Positions 20,060 to 29,513 are shown, counted from the first letter of the stretch. The stretch: DNA of 64,000 nucleotides from Candidatus Spongiisociaceae bacterium (GCA_965219685.1 CBDCOH010000002.1:3392001-3456000); one strand, 5' to 3'. Translations and numbers: made by a program. The notes: generated by a model from the sequence alone, not told the origin.

Positions 20060-21481
20060 ATGGGCGTGAAGTCGATCGTCGGCGGGACCGTGGTGACCAT
20101 GGACCCGGACCGCAGAATCGTCGAGAACGGCGTGGTCGTGATCGAGGACCAGCACATCGCCGCGGTCGGCCCGGCCTCCCGTGTCCTCCCCCCGCGGGGC
20201 GCCGACGTCATCGACGCGGCCGGGATGGTGGTGCTGCCCGGCCTGATCAACGGCCACACCCACGTCCCGCAGATCCTGCTGCGCGGGTACTCGTCCAACC
20301 AGCACCGCGATGTCTGGGACTGGCTGACCAATGTGGTGCATCCCGGGCTGGCCGTGTACGAAGCGAGCGACATCCGGACCGCGGCCCGCCTCTACAGCGT
20401 CGAAGCGATCCGCTCGGGCATGACATGCTTCGTAGACAATGAGGACGCCTGGCCGGACCGCACCCAGGAGGCAATCGGGCACGTGATCGACACCTACCAA
20501 GAGACCGGGATGCGGGCGATGGTGGCCCGGATGATGTTCGACGAGAAGCCCGATCAACTCCGAGATCTCATCCGATCCCTCCGGGCGCAGGAACCGCAGG
20601 TCGCCCACGTCGACCTCTGGCGTGGCACCGAGCAACTGCTGGGGGATGTCGAGCGCCTTATCAGGACGTACGACGGCGTCGCGGGAGGAAGGATCCGGGT
20701 CTGGCCGTCGCCGGTGGGGGTGATCTGCTCGGATCGAATGTTCGAGAGCAGTCGCCGCTTGGCCAGGGACAACGGGACGATGTGGACCATCCACCTGGTG
20801 CAAGGCCCGGCCGGTGCCGAGAATCCGGGACCCAGCAGCACCGAGGCACTGGACCTCCGTGGTCATCTCGACCCCCGCCTGCTCGCCAGCCATTGCGTGG
20901 GCCTGAGCCGAACGGACATCCGTATCCTCAAGGCGACCGGCGTGAAGGGCTGCACCCAGGTGGTCTCCAACTGCTTCCTGGGTATGGGCATGGCGCCTGT
21001 CCCCCGACTATTGGAGGCCGGCCTGCCACTGGCGGTCGGTACCGACGACGTCAACTGCAACGGGACGGTCAACCTGCTCTCCGACATGAAGATCCTGGCC
21101 CTGGTGCATCGCGCCCTGGCCAACGATCCGTCGACCCTCCCGGCCGACCAGGTTCTGGAGATGGCTACGATCAACGGTGCCCGGGCGGTGGGGATGGAGA
21201 GCGAGATCGGGTCGATCGAAGCCGGAAAGCGGGCCGACATAATTCTCATCGACCTCGGACACGCCCAGATGACCCCCACGCACCATCTACCCTCGGCGGT
21301 GGTCTTCCAGACCTACGGCAACGAGGTGGACACCGTGCTCATCGACGGCAATATCGTGATGAGAAACCGGCGGCTGACCTGGCTCACGGCCGCCGAGGAA
21401 CGCGCCCTCTACCGGGAGGCGGCCGAGCGATCCACCGGGATAAGCCTCCGAGCCGGTATCCGTGCCTCTAATGGTAAATGA
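20060..21481 (+). CDS. Amidohydrolase closely resembling AtzA/TriA s-triazine hydrolases
   Basis: HTHVPQILLRG, AGGRIRVWPSP, QVVSN, GTDDVNCN and VFQTYGNEVDTVLIDGN are colinear with the AtzA/TriA sequence as recalled. Confidence 0.8.
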   Translation: MGVKSIVGGTVVTMDPDRRIVENGVVVIEDQHIAAVGPASRVLPPRGADVIDAAGMVVLPGLINGHTHVPQILLRGYSSNQHRDVWDWLTNVVHPGLAVYEASDIRTAARLYSVEAIRSGMTCFVDNEDAWPDRTQEAIGHVIDTYQETGMRAMVARMMFDEKPDQLRDLIRSLRAQEPQVAHVDLWRGTEQLLGDVERLIRTYDGVAGGRIRVWPSPVGVICSDRMFESSRRLARDNGTMWTIHLVQGPAGAENPGPSSTEALDLRGHLDPRLLASHCVGLSRTDIRILKATGVKGCTQVVSNCFLGMGMAPVPRLLEAGLPLAVGTDDVNCNGTVNLLSDMKILALVHRALANDPSTLPADQVLEMATINGARAVGMESEIGSIEAGKRADIILIDLGHAQMTPTHHLPSAVVFQTYGNEVDTVLIDGNIVMRNRRLTWLTAAEERALYREAAERSTGISLRAGIRASNGK

Positions 21482-21491
21482 TCCGAGTTGC

Positions 21492-21542
21492 CGTTAACCA
21501 CCGCTCACCAACTAGAACCTATAGACTACCGGCTAGGAACTA
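21492..21542. repeat. Solo arm of the heptamer-armed repeat element
   Basis: 21492-21514 matches the reverse complement of 59930-59952 at 22/23; 21524-21542 matches 29490-29508 and 60210-60228 at 18/19. Confidence 0.85.
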
Positions 21543-21573
21543 GTCTAGTCGCCTACTGTTCAGGAGAAGCACA

Positions 21574-23205
21574 GTGAACGTCGCAGACGCCATCGCCGAG
21601 ATCCTGAAGCGGGAAGGCGTCGAGTTCCTCGTCAGCTATCCCGTCAACCCGATCATCGAAGCCTGCGCCGAAGCGGACATCCGCACCATCGTCGTGCGCC
21701 AGGAACGGACCGGCCTGCATATGGCGGATGCCTACAGCAGGGTCAACTCGGGGGACCGCATCGGCGTGTTCGCCATGCAGCACGGACCGGGGGCCGAGAA
21801 CGCCTTCGGCGGCGTCGCCCAGGCCTACGGCGAGTCCGTCCCGATCCTCGTTCTCCCGGCCGGCTATCCACGCCGGGAAGCCCAGGTGGCTCCCAACTTC
21901 AACTCCGCCCTCAACTACCGCCACGTGACCAAGTGGACCGAACACGTGCCGGTTCCGGAGGCGCTCACCGAGGTCATGCGCAGGGCGTTCGCCCGCCTCC
22001 GCAACGGGCGGCCCCGGCCGGTGATGGTCGAAGTCCCCTTGGACCTGTTCGGTGAAGAACTCGCCATGCCACTCGGATACACGCCGAGCTTCTCCACACG
22101 GGTCGGCCCGGACCCGGCCGATGTATCCGCCGCGGCAGAGGTCCTGGCAGATGCGCGAAGCCCGGTGATCTACGCAGGACAGGGGGTTCACTACGCCAAG
22201 GCCTGGCCGGAGTTGCGGCAACTGGCGGAGTTGTTGAATGCCCCCGTCACCACCAGCCTGGGCGGCAAGAGCGCATTCGACGAGGCACACCCCCTGGCGC
22301 TCGGCTCGGCGGGACGGTCCACGACCCTCGCCGTCCACAGGTTCCTGGACGAGGCCGACGTGATCCTCGGGATAGGGTGCAGTTTCACCAGCACGACGTT
22401 CGGCCTGCCGATGCCTGCGGGCAAGACGTTCATCCACGCCACCCTCGACCCCGACGACCTGAACAAGGACCTGGAGATCCACCATCCTGTCGTCGGCGAC
22501 GCGCAACTCGTACTGCAGGCGCTGCTGGACGAACTCGAGTACCGCGCCCTGCCCCACACAGAGACACGACGGGGAGTCCCCGGCCGGATCCGCCACTTCA
22601 ACCAAGGCTGGATCGCCGACTGGCTGCCGAGGCTGGCATCCGACGAGCAGCCGCTCTCTCCCTACCGGGTCATCTGGGACCTGCTCCACACCGTCGACCC
22701 CGGTGAGACCATCGTCACCCACGATGCAGGGAGTCCCCGCGACCAGATGTCTCCCTTCTGGGTGGGCCGGGAACCCCTCAGCTACCTGGGGTGGGGGAAG
22801 ACGACGCAACTCGGGTACGGGCTGGGCCTGGCAATGGGGGCGAAGCTGGCCCGGCCCGAGAAGCTCTGTGTCAACGTGTGGGGTGACGCGGCGATCGGCT
22901 TCACGGGGATGGACTTCGAGACTGCGGTGAGGGAACGCATCCCGATCCTGTCCGTCCTCCTCAACAACTCCTCGATGGCGATCGAGATCCCCATCATGCA
23001 GGTCGCCCAGGAGAAGTACGGCAGCACCGACATCTCCGGAAACTACGCAGACATGGCGAGGGCCTTCGGAGGCTACGGGGAGCGGGTCACCGAACCCTCG
23101 GAGATTATCCCGGCCATCCGGCGCGGCATCGACCAGACCCGTGAGGGCACACCGGCACTGCTGGAGTTCATAACCGCCAAGGAGTACACCTATCCGGTCT
23201 TCTGA
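21574..23205 (+). CDS. ThDP-dependent enzyme (acetolactate synthase-like family), substrate unknown
   Basis: RQERTGLHMADAY, GPGAEN, GDAAIG...NN ThDP motif. Confidence 0.85.
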   Translation: MNVADAIAEILKREGVEFLVSYPVNPIIEACAEADIRTIVVRQERTGLHMADAYSRVNSGDRIGVFAMQHGPGAENAFGGVAQAYGESVPILVLPAGYPRREAQVAPNFNSALNYRHVTKWTEHVPVPEALTEVMRRAFARLRNGRPRPVMVEVPLDLFGEELAMPLGYTPSFSTRVGPDPADVSAAAEVLADARSPVIYAGQGVHYAKAWPELRQLAELLNAPVTTSLGGKSAFDEAHPLALGSAGRSTTLAVHRFLDEADVILGIGCSFTSTTFGLPMPAGKTFIHATLDPDDLNKDLEIHHPVVGDAQLVLQALLDELEYRALPHTETRRGVPGRIRHFNQGWIADWLPRLASDEQPLSPYRVIWDLLHTVDPGETIVTHDAGSPRDQMSPFWVGREPLSYLGWGKTTQLGYGLGLAMGAKLARPEKLCVNVWGDAAIGFTGMDFETAVRERIPILSVLLNNSSMAIEIPIMQVAQEKYGSTDISGNYADMARAFGGYGERVTEPSEIIPAIRRGIDQTREGTPALLEFITAKEYTYPVF

Positions 23206-23248
23206 AAGCCGATCGGGCTCCCCTCCTGCTTGCGGGGACGCCTGACCC

Positions 23249-24229
23249 GTGGTCGAGCGGCCCACGGTGTGCATCTTCCCGGACTTCGAGCCCGACCTCG
23301 TGGCGGCGATCGAAGAGAACTGCCGGGTCCGGTTCGTGGACATGGCATCCCCACGCGTCCACCAGCTCGCTGCCCTGCACGACGCCCAAGGTGTCCTGCT
23401 CAACCCGCTGACCCCGGCCGACCGGGAGTTCTTCGAGGCAGCGCAGCGGCTGCGGGTTCTGTCCACCGCCAGCGTCGGATACGACACGATCGACATCGGC
23501 GAGGCCACCCGGCGCGGCATCATGGTCTGCCACACCCCAGGCGTTCTCACCGCGGCGGTGGCCGATCTGACCATGGTGTTGATCATCTCCCTGGCGAGAC
23601 GGCTCTTCGACAACGAGCGGTACGTCCGATCGGGAGGATGGGCCAGGGCCGAGCCACCCCCGGACCTCGGCTCCGATGTCGACGGCAAGACACTCGGCGT
23701 GGTCGGCTTCGGTCGGATCGGCCAGGAGGTCACCCGCCGCATGCAGGGCCTCGGGATGCGCACGCTGTGGTATGACGCGATCGGCGACCCCCATCCGCAG
23801 GCACCGGCCAGCCGGTACCGCCCACTCCACGAGTTACTGGGCGAGTCGGACTTCGTCACCCTCCACGCCGACCTGAACGCGGCTTCCCGGCATCTCATCG
23901 GGGCCGAGGAACTGAAACTCATGAAGCCCACCGCCTACCTCATCAACACCGCCCGGGGCGGGCTGATCGACCAGAGCGCCCTGACCGAGACTTTGAGGTG
24001 CGGCACCCTCGCCGGCGCCGCTCTCGACGTCCTCGAGGTGGAGCCACCCGATCCAGACGATCCGCTCCTGGTCCTGCCCAACGTGGTGTGCCTTCCCCAC
24101 ATCGGGACCGCCACCACGGAAACCCGCCGCCGGATGCGTGAGATGGCAGTACGCAACCTGCTCGCAGGCCTCGCCGGCGAGACCCCGCCCGCCGTTGCGA
24201 ACCCGGGGTTGGTGAGTGGTGAGTGGTGA
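23249..24229 (+). CDS. D-2-hydroxyacid (D-glycerate/glyoxylate reductase-like) dehydrogenase
   Basis: GVVGFGRIG, LINTARGG, LDVLEVEP, PHIGTAT. Confidence 0.9.
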   Translation: MVERPTVCIFPDFEPDLVAAIEENCRVRFVDMASPRVHQLAALHDAQGVLLNPLTPADREFFEAAQRLRVLSTASVGYDTIDIGEATRRGIMVCHTPGVLTAAVADLTMVLIISLARRLFDNERYVRSGGWARAEPPPDLGSDVDGKTLGVVGFGRIGQEVTRRMQGLGMRTLWYDAIGDPHPQAPASRYRPLHELLGESDFVTLHADLNAASRHLIGAEELKLMKPTAYLINTARGGLIDQSALTETLRCGTLAGAALDVLEVEPPDPDDPLLVLPNVVCLPHIGTATTETRRRMREMAVRNLLAGLAGETPPAVANPGLVSGEW

Positions 24230-24251
24230 GTGGTGAATGGTGAATGGTGAA
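24210..24251 (+). repeat. 7-bp tandem repeat (TGGTGAG)3(TGGTGAA)3 at a gene junction
   Basis: Read directly; it supplies the upstream TGA stop and the downstream ATG. Confidence 0.9.
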
Positions 24252-25934
24252 ACAGAACGGGCAACGCAGCTGATCACCGGTGCCCGCGCCCTCGCCGAGA
24301 TGCTCCACGGGTACGGCGTGACTCACGTCTTTATGGTTCCGGCCATCCTGCGGCGCACCTTGGTGGAACTGGAGCGGTTCGGGGTGCGGCGCATCCATAC
24401 GCACGGTGAGAAGGCGGCCGCCTATATGGCCGACGGGTACGCACGGATGGCGGGTCGCCCGGGAGTGTGCATGGCCCAAGCTGTCGGTGCGCTCAACCTG
24501 GCGGCCGGCCTCCGCGATGCTCATCTGGCCAATTCTCCCGTCGTTGCCCTCACCGGAGGCCGCGACCCGACCGCGGCCGGCAAGGGCGTCTACCAGGAGG
24601 TGGACGATCTGCCCGCCTTCGTCAACGTCACCAAGTTCAGCGCCGCCGTCGACGCGGTGGAGCAGCTTCCCGGCCTGGTTCGCCGGGCCTTCCGCACCGC
24701 GGTGTCCGGCCGTCCCGGACCGGTGCACCTCCAGTTCGCCGGCAACGAAGGCCAGGTCGACCTCGGTCTGGCCGATCTCGACGCCTCCGTCGACACCCGG
24801 TTCCTGTCCGTACCACCGCTCCGGCCCCTGGCCGACCCGGAAGCCGTGTCTGCCGCGCTAAGACTGCTCGATCGCGCCGAGCGGCCGGTGCTCGTGGCTG
24901 GCGGCGGAGTTCGAGCTTCGCGAGCCGCCGCCGAGTTGGTGGCCGTCGCTGAACATCTCGGCATCCCCGTGGTCACCTCTCTCAACGGGAAGGACACGAT
25001 TCCAGGAGGCCACCCTCTCTGTGTGGGCGTCGTCGGCACGTACTCGCGGAGCGCCGCCAACCGGGTCGTAAACCAGGCGGACCTGGTCTGCTTCGTCGGT
25101 TCGAGCACCGGCAGCATGACCACCCATTTCTGGCAGGTTCCAGCGCCGGGGATTCCCGCCATCCAGATCGACATCGATCCCGAGATGACCGGCCGCAACT
25201 ACCCCCTACGGGTCGCCATCACTGCGGACGCCCGCACAGCGCTCGCCGCCATCCTCGAGAGAGCCCAACCGACGCATTCTGGCCGGGGGGAGTGGGTCGC
25301 CGCGGCGCGCCGCGAAGTAGCCGCCTGGCGGCACCAACATCTCCGGCGCCTGCGCTCGGACGCGGTGCCCATCCGCCCGGAGCGGATCTGCGCGGAGTTG
25401 ACCGATCTGGTCCCCGACGACGCCTGCGTGGTGGTCGATACCGGCCACGCCGGGATGTGGATGGGCGGCATGTTCGACACCCGCACCCCCCATCAGCGCT
25501 ACCTGCGCAGCGCAGGCCACCTCGGTTGGGCGTTCCCCGCCGCGCTGGGCGCCAAGTGCGCCGCCCCCGACCGCCCCGTAGTCTGCTTCACCGGCGACGC
25601 CGGGTTCTGGTACCACATAGCCGAGGTCGAAACGGCGGTTCGATGGGGCATCAACACAGTCACCGTGGTCAACAACAACTCGTCGGGGAACCAGTCCACC
25701 CTTGGCTTCGACCGCGCCTACGGCGGGGAGCAGACCGCTGAAGGACGCCGCCTGTGGACCTTCACCGACGTGGACTTCGCCCGGCTCGCCGAGGGTATGG
25801 GGGCACTGGGCATCCGGGTCGAGCAGCCCGACCAGATCGCCCCCGCCTTGGACCGCGCCCTGGGAGCGGAGCAACCGGCCGTCATCGACGTCGTCACCGA
25901 TATCGAAGCCCTGGCTCCCCTCGCCGTGACCTGA
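24237..25934 (+). CDS. ThDP-dependent enzyme (acetolactate synthase-like family), second unknown-substrate paralog
   Basis: HGEKAAAYMADGYAR, GRPGPVHL, TGDAG...NN. Confidence 0.85.
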   Translation: MVNGETERATQLITGARALAEMLHGYGVTHVFMVPAILRRTLVELERFGVRRIHTHGEKAAAYMADGYARMAGRPGVCMAQAVGALNLAAGLRDAHLANSPVVALTGGRDPTAAGKGVYQEVDDLPAFVNVTKFSAAVDAVEQLPGLVRRAFRTAVSGRPGPVHLQFAGNEGQVDLGLADLDASVDTRFLSVPPLRPLADPEAVSAALRLLDRAERPVLVAGGGVRASRAAAELVAVAEHLGIPVVTSLNGKDTIPGGHPLCVGVVGTYSRSAANRVVNQADLVCFVGSSTGSMTTHFWQVPAPGIPAIQIDIDPEMTGRNYPLRVAITADARTALAAILERAQPTHSGRGEWVAAARREVAAWRHQHLRRLRSDAVPIRPERICAELTDLVPDDACVVVDTGHAGMWMGGMFDTRTPHQRYLRSAGHLGWAFPAALGAKCAAPDRPVVCFTGDAGFWYHIAEVETAVRWGINTVTVVNNNSSGNQSTLGFDRAYGGEQTAEGRRLWTFTDVDFARLAEGMGALGIRVEQPDQIAPALDRALGAEQPAVIDVVTDIEALAPLAVT

Positions 25935-25946
25935 CACTTCTTCGCA

Positions 25947-26273
25947 TCACGACGGAAGGCCGGTCCCCCCGGAAGCGGGAGCGTGAACAGCGATCATGTC
26001 CAGGCGTTCCGAAAGACGGTCTTGGGTGACCTCGAGGTCGTACTGGCTCTGCAACCCCATCCAGAAGGCCGGAGAATTACCGAAGAAACGAGCCAGCAGC
26101 AAAGCCGTCTCCGCGGTAATGGACCGCTCCCCGTGGACGATGGCATGAATCCGCCTCGCGTCCACCCCGATGGACTTCGCCAGCCGATACTGGGTGATGT
26201 TCATGGGGACGAGGAACTCCTCGTTGAGAACTTCTCCCGGATGGATAGGGGGTAGTTTCGTTTCGGTGGTCAT
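25947..26273 (-). CDS. higA: HigA-family antitoxin
   Basis: PPIHPGEVLNEEFL...ITAETALLLARFFGNSPAFWMGLQSQYDL. Confidence 0.92.
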   Translation of the reverse strand: MTTETKLPPIHPGEVLNEEFLVPMNITQYRLAKSIGVDARRIHAIVHGERSITAETALLLARFFGNSPAFWMGLQSQYDLEVTQDRLSERLDMIAVHAPASGGTGLPS

Positions 26274-26286
26274 CGCCCCTCCACTT

Positions 26287-26581
26287 TCAGTGGTAGTCCA
26301 CTATCTCGACCCGGTAGGCGTCGCCGTCGGCCCAGACGAAACAGATCCGCCACTGGTCGTTGATGCGGATGCTGTGCTGCCGTCCCGATCTCCCGACAGA
26401 GCCTCCAGCCGGTTTCCTGGCGGCACCCGTAGGTCGGCGACGCTTGTGGCGTTGTTCAGGATCATCAGCTTCCTCTGTGCTCGCCGCTGGACATGCTCAG
26501 GCAACCTGCGAACACGACGGCGTTCGGCGACCGCCTGTGTGTCCCTGTCCCGGTAGCTCGGTCCCCGTAGCTCCGAATCAC
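26287..26581 (-). pseudogene. higB: HigB (RelE-like) toxin with two frame lesions
   Basis: Reconstructs to MIRSYRDRDT...PPGNRLEALSGDR-GQHSIRINDQWRICF...EIVDYH*. Lesions are a 14-bp imperfect duplication near the start and a 1-bp deletion near 26380. Confidence 0.85.
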
Positions 26582-26734
26582 CAGTATAGTAGCACCGGCC
26601 GCTATTAGCGTCGCATACTACTATCCGTATTGCTTCGCGAGCGACACAGGCCTGATGACGCAGCTGCGGACCTGGCGACTCGCCAACCGGCTTACCGACA
26701 CATGGTCGGATAACGGGTGTAAGGTTCGGCGACC

Positions 26735-27658
26735 ATGCAATCTCTGGTAGAAGCCGACGTTCTCACCAAGCGGTTCGGTGACTTCACCGCAGTCGACGCG
26801 ATCAGCTTCTCCGTCGCCCCCGGAGAGGTGTTCGGCTTCCTCGGTCCCAACGGTGCGGGCAAGAGCTCCACCATGCGGATGATCGGCGCGGTCTCGCCCG
26901 TGACGTCGGGACGGCTTCGGGTGTTCGGCCTCGATCCGGCCACCGACGGCCGACGTATCCGGTCCCGGCTGGGGGTGGTGCCCCAGGACGACTCGCTCGA
27001 CATGGAGCTGAGCGTCGAGGAGAACCTGTACATCTACGGCCGGTACTACGACCTCCCCCGCCGCGAGATCCGGGCTCGTATCGAGGAGTTGATCGCCTTC
27101 GCCCAGCTCGGGGAGCACCGTACCTCGCGGGTCGATCCGCTCTCGGGCGGGATGAAGCGGCGCCTCACCATCGCCAGGGGCCTGATCAATCGTCCCGACC
27201 TGCTGATCCTCGACGAGCCGACCACGGGACTCGATCCCCAAGCCCGCCATGTGTTGTGGGATCGGCTCTACCGGCTCAAGCAGGACGGGGTCACTCAGGT
27301 CATCACCACCCACTACATGGACGAGGCTGAGCAGCTGTGCGATCGGCTGGTGATCATGGATCGCGGCCGTATCGTCGCCGAGGGGTCGCCCCGCGTGCTC
27401 ATCGAGACCCATTCAACCCGCGAGGTGCTGGAGGTGCGCTTCCCCGTCGGAGAGCTGGAGCCGGCCGGACCCGCACTCCGAGAGGTGGCCGACCGGGTCG
27501 AGTTGCTGGCCGACCGCGCGCTTCTCTACACCTCCGATGCCGACTCGTCTCTGGCGGAGGTCCACCGGCTCGGCCTCCAGCCGGAAAGCGCGCTGGTACG
27601 CCGCAGCACTCTTGAGGATGTCTTCCTCAAGCTGACCGGGCGCACCCTGGTCGATTGA
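26735..27658 (+). CDS. ABC exporter ATP-binding subunit (NodI/DrrA-like)
   Basis: GPNGAGKS, LSGGMKRRL, LDEPTTGLDP. Confidence 0.92.
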   Translation: MQSLVEADVLTKRFGDFTAVDAISFSVAPGEVFGFLGPNGAGKSSTMRMIGAVSPVTSGRLRVFGLDPATDGRRIRSRLGVVPQDDSLDMELSVEENLYIYGRYYDLPRREIRARIEELIAFAQLGEHRTSRVDPLSGGMKRRLTIARGLINRPDLLILDEPTTGLDPQARHVLWDRLYRLKQDGVTQVITTHYMDEAEQLCDRLVIMDRGRIVAEGSPRVLIETHSTREVLEVRFPVGELEPAGPALREVADRVELLADRALLYTSDADSSLAEVHRLGLQPESALVRRSTLEDVFLKLTGRTLVD

Positions 27659-27659
27659 C

Positions 27660-28451
27660 GTGGGCCGCCTGATGCGGGTGCCTGGAGCGCTGCGGGTGGT
27701 CGAGACCAACGCCATCGCGTACCGTAGGGTCTGGAAGGGGTCGGCGTTTTCGTCGTTCGTCACCCCGGCCCTGTTCCTGGTTGCGATGGGGTTGGGCCTC
27801 GGATCGCTGGTGGACCGCGGAACGGGCGCCCCCGGTTTCGAGGGCCTCAGCTACATGGCCTTCCTCGCCCCCGGACTTCTCGTCGCCAGCGCCATGCAGT
27901 CCGGGGCGGCCGAGGGATCATTCAAGGTGATCGCCGGGATGAAGTGGACCCGCACCTTCCACTCGGTGGTCGCATCGCCGGTCGGCACCGGTGGCCTGGT
28001 AGGGGGCCACTTCGTCTGGGCCGGCCTCCGGGTGCTGATGGTCTCGGTGGTCTTCGGGGCGGTAGCGGCCGCCCTGGGGGCGATCTCGGCGATCGCCGCC
28101 CTGGCCCTGGCGCCCATCGGGTTGCTCATCGGCCTCGCCATCGCCGGGCCGATGACCGCCTTCACCGCCAACCGGGAGAACACCGAAGCGCTCACCGCTG
28201 TCTTCCGTTTCGGCATCACGCCCATGTACCTCTTCTCGGGCACGTTCTTCCCGATCAGCCAGCTCCCCGATTGGCTCCGGTCCGTGGCCACCGTGACGCC
28301 GCTCTGGCACGCGGTCGAATTGGCCAGGCGGGTGGCCCTGGGCCATGACTCGGCGCTTCCGGCCTGGCAACACGTCGGGTACCTGGTCCTGGTGTTCGTC
28401 GTGGGGGCTGCCCTCACCTACCGGCTCTTCGCGCGGCGGCTGAACGTATGA
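27660..28451 (+). CDS. ABC-2 type permease
   Basis: Six TM segments; FSGTFFPISQLPDWL. Confidence 0.88.
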   Translation: MGRLMRVPGALRVVETNAIAYRRVWKGSAFSSFVTPALFLVAMGLGLGSLVDRGTGAPGFEGLSYMAFLAPGLLVASAMQSGAAEGSFKVIAGMKWTRTFHSVVASPVGTGGLVGGHFVWAGLRVLMVSVVFGAVAAALGAISAIAALALAPIGLLIGLAIAGPMTAFTANRENTEALTAVFRFGITPMYLFSGTFFPISQLPDWLRSVATVTPLWHAVELARRVALGHDSALPAWQHVGYLVLVFVVGAALTYRLFARRLNV

Positions 28452-29257
28452 CCACCCGCACCCTGGCACTCCGGGTCCTGCCGGCTCCGCTGGTGGGGCT
28501 GCGCGCCCAGCGACTGATCGAGCGCAACATGCTCGTCTCCAAGCGGGCGTGGATGATCGTCGTCTCGGGCTTCTTCGAGCCGGTCTTCTACCTGCTCTCG
28601 CTCGGCATAGGGATGGGCCGCCTGGTAGGAGAATTAGCCGGTCCGGGGGGTACCACCATCAGCTACGCGGCGTTCGTGGCGCCGGCTCTCCTGGCGGCGT
28701 CGGCCATGAACGGAGCGGTGTTCGAGTCGACCATCAACATCTTCATCAAGCTCCGCTACGGCAAGATCTACGACGCCATCCTCGCCACCCCCCTCCGCCC
28801 GTGGGACATCGCCATCGGGGAGATAACCTGGTCGTTGATCCGCGGTGTCCTCTACTCGACCGGATTCGTCGTGGTCATGGCGGCGATGGGCCTGGTCGCA
28901 ACACCGCTGGCGATCCTGGTGATACCGGCGGCCACTCTGATCGGCTTCGCTTTCGGGGGGGTCGGTATGGCGGCGGCCACCTTCATGCGTAGCTGGCAGG
29001 ACTTCGACCTGGTCATGCTGTTCCTGCTGCCCCTGTTCCTGTTCAGCGCAACCTTCTACCCGCTGGACGTCTACCCGCCGACCCTCCAGGCCCTCACCCA
29101 GCTCTCCCCGCTGTACCACGGAGTCGAACTAATCCGGGCATTCACACTCCACTCCTTCGACGCGGGGATCTTCGGCCACATGGCATACCTGATAGCGATC
29201 GGATCGGTCGGGCTCATGGTGGCCGGACGGCGGCTCGGGGCCCTGCTCAAGCCGTAA
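28448..29257 (+). CDS. ABC-2 type permease
   Basis: FSATFYPLDVYP...SPLYHGVEL. Confidence 0.88.
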   Translation: MTTRTLALRVLPAPLVGLRAQRLIERNMLVSKRAWMIVVSGFFEPVFYLLSLGIGMGRLVGELAGPGGTTISYAAFVAPALLAASAMNGAVFESTINIFIKLRYGKIYDAILATPLRPWDIAIGEITWSLIRGVLYSTGFVVVMAAMGLVATPLAILVIPAATLIGFAFGGVGMAAATFMRSWQDFDLVMLFLLPLFLFSATFYPLDVYPPTLQALTQLSPLYHGVELIRAFTLHSFDAGIFGHMAYLIAIGSVGLMVAGRRLGALLKP

Positions 29258-29290
29258 GAGCCGGCTTCCGACAGCCTGGATTATTGGTCT

Positions 29291-29513
29291 CTAGTTGGTA
29301 GTTTTAGTTGCTAATCGGTACTTACAGTTGGATCGTGCAGCGTTGTGCAACACATCTGTCGCATGTATGGATCTGTTTCTGGACTCGGACCCCTAGCTGC
29401 CATTTCGTGAAGAGCCCCCCTCGGCGCAAACGCGAGATCCAAACAGTGCCATAGAGGATGGCAAATAGAACGAACTAACGCTATCCTACGACTACCGACT
29501 AGGAACTACTCGG
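29291..29513. repeat. Heptamer-armed non-coding element, copy 1 (conserved core 29373-29466)
   Basis: Core 77/94 identical to 60073-60165; TAGTTxx left arm and ACTAxxx right arm. Confidence 0.85.
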
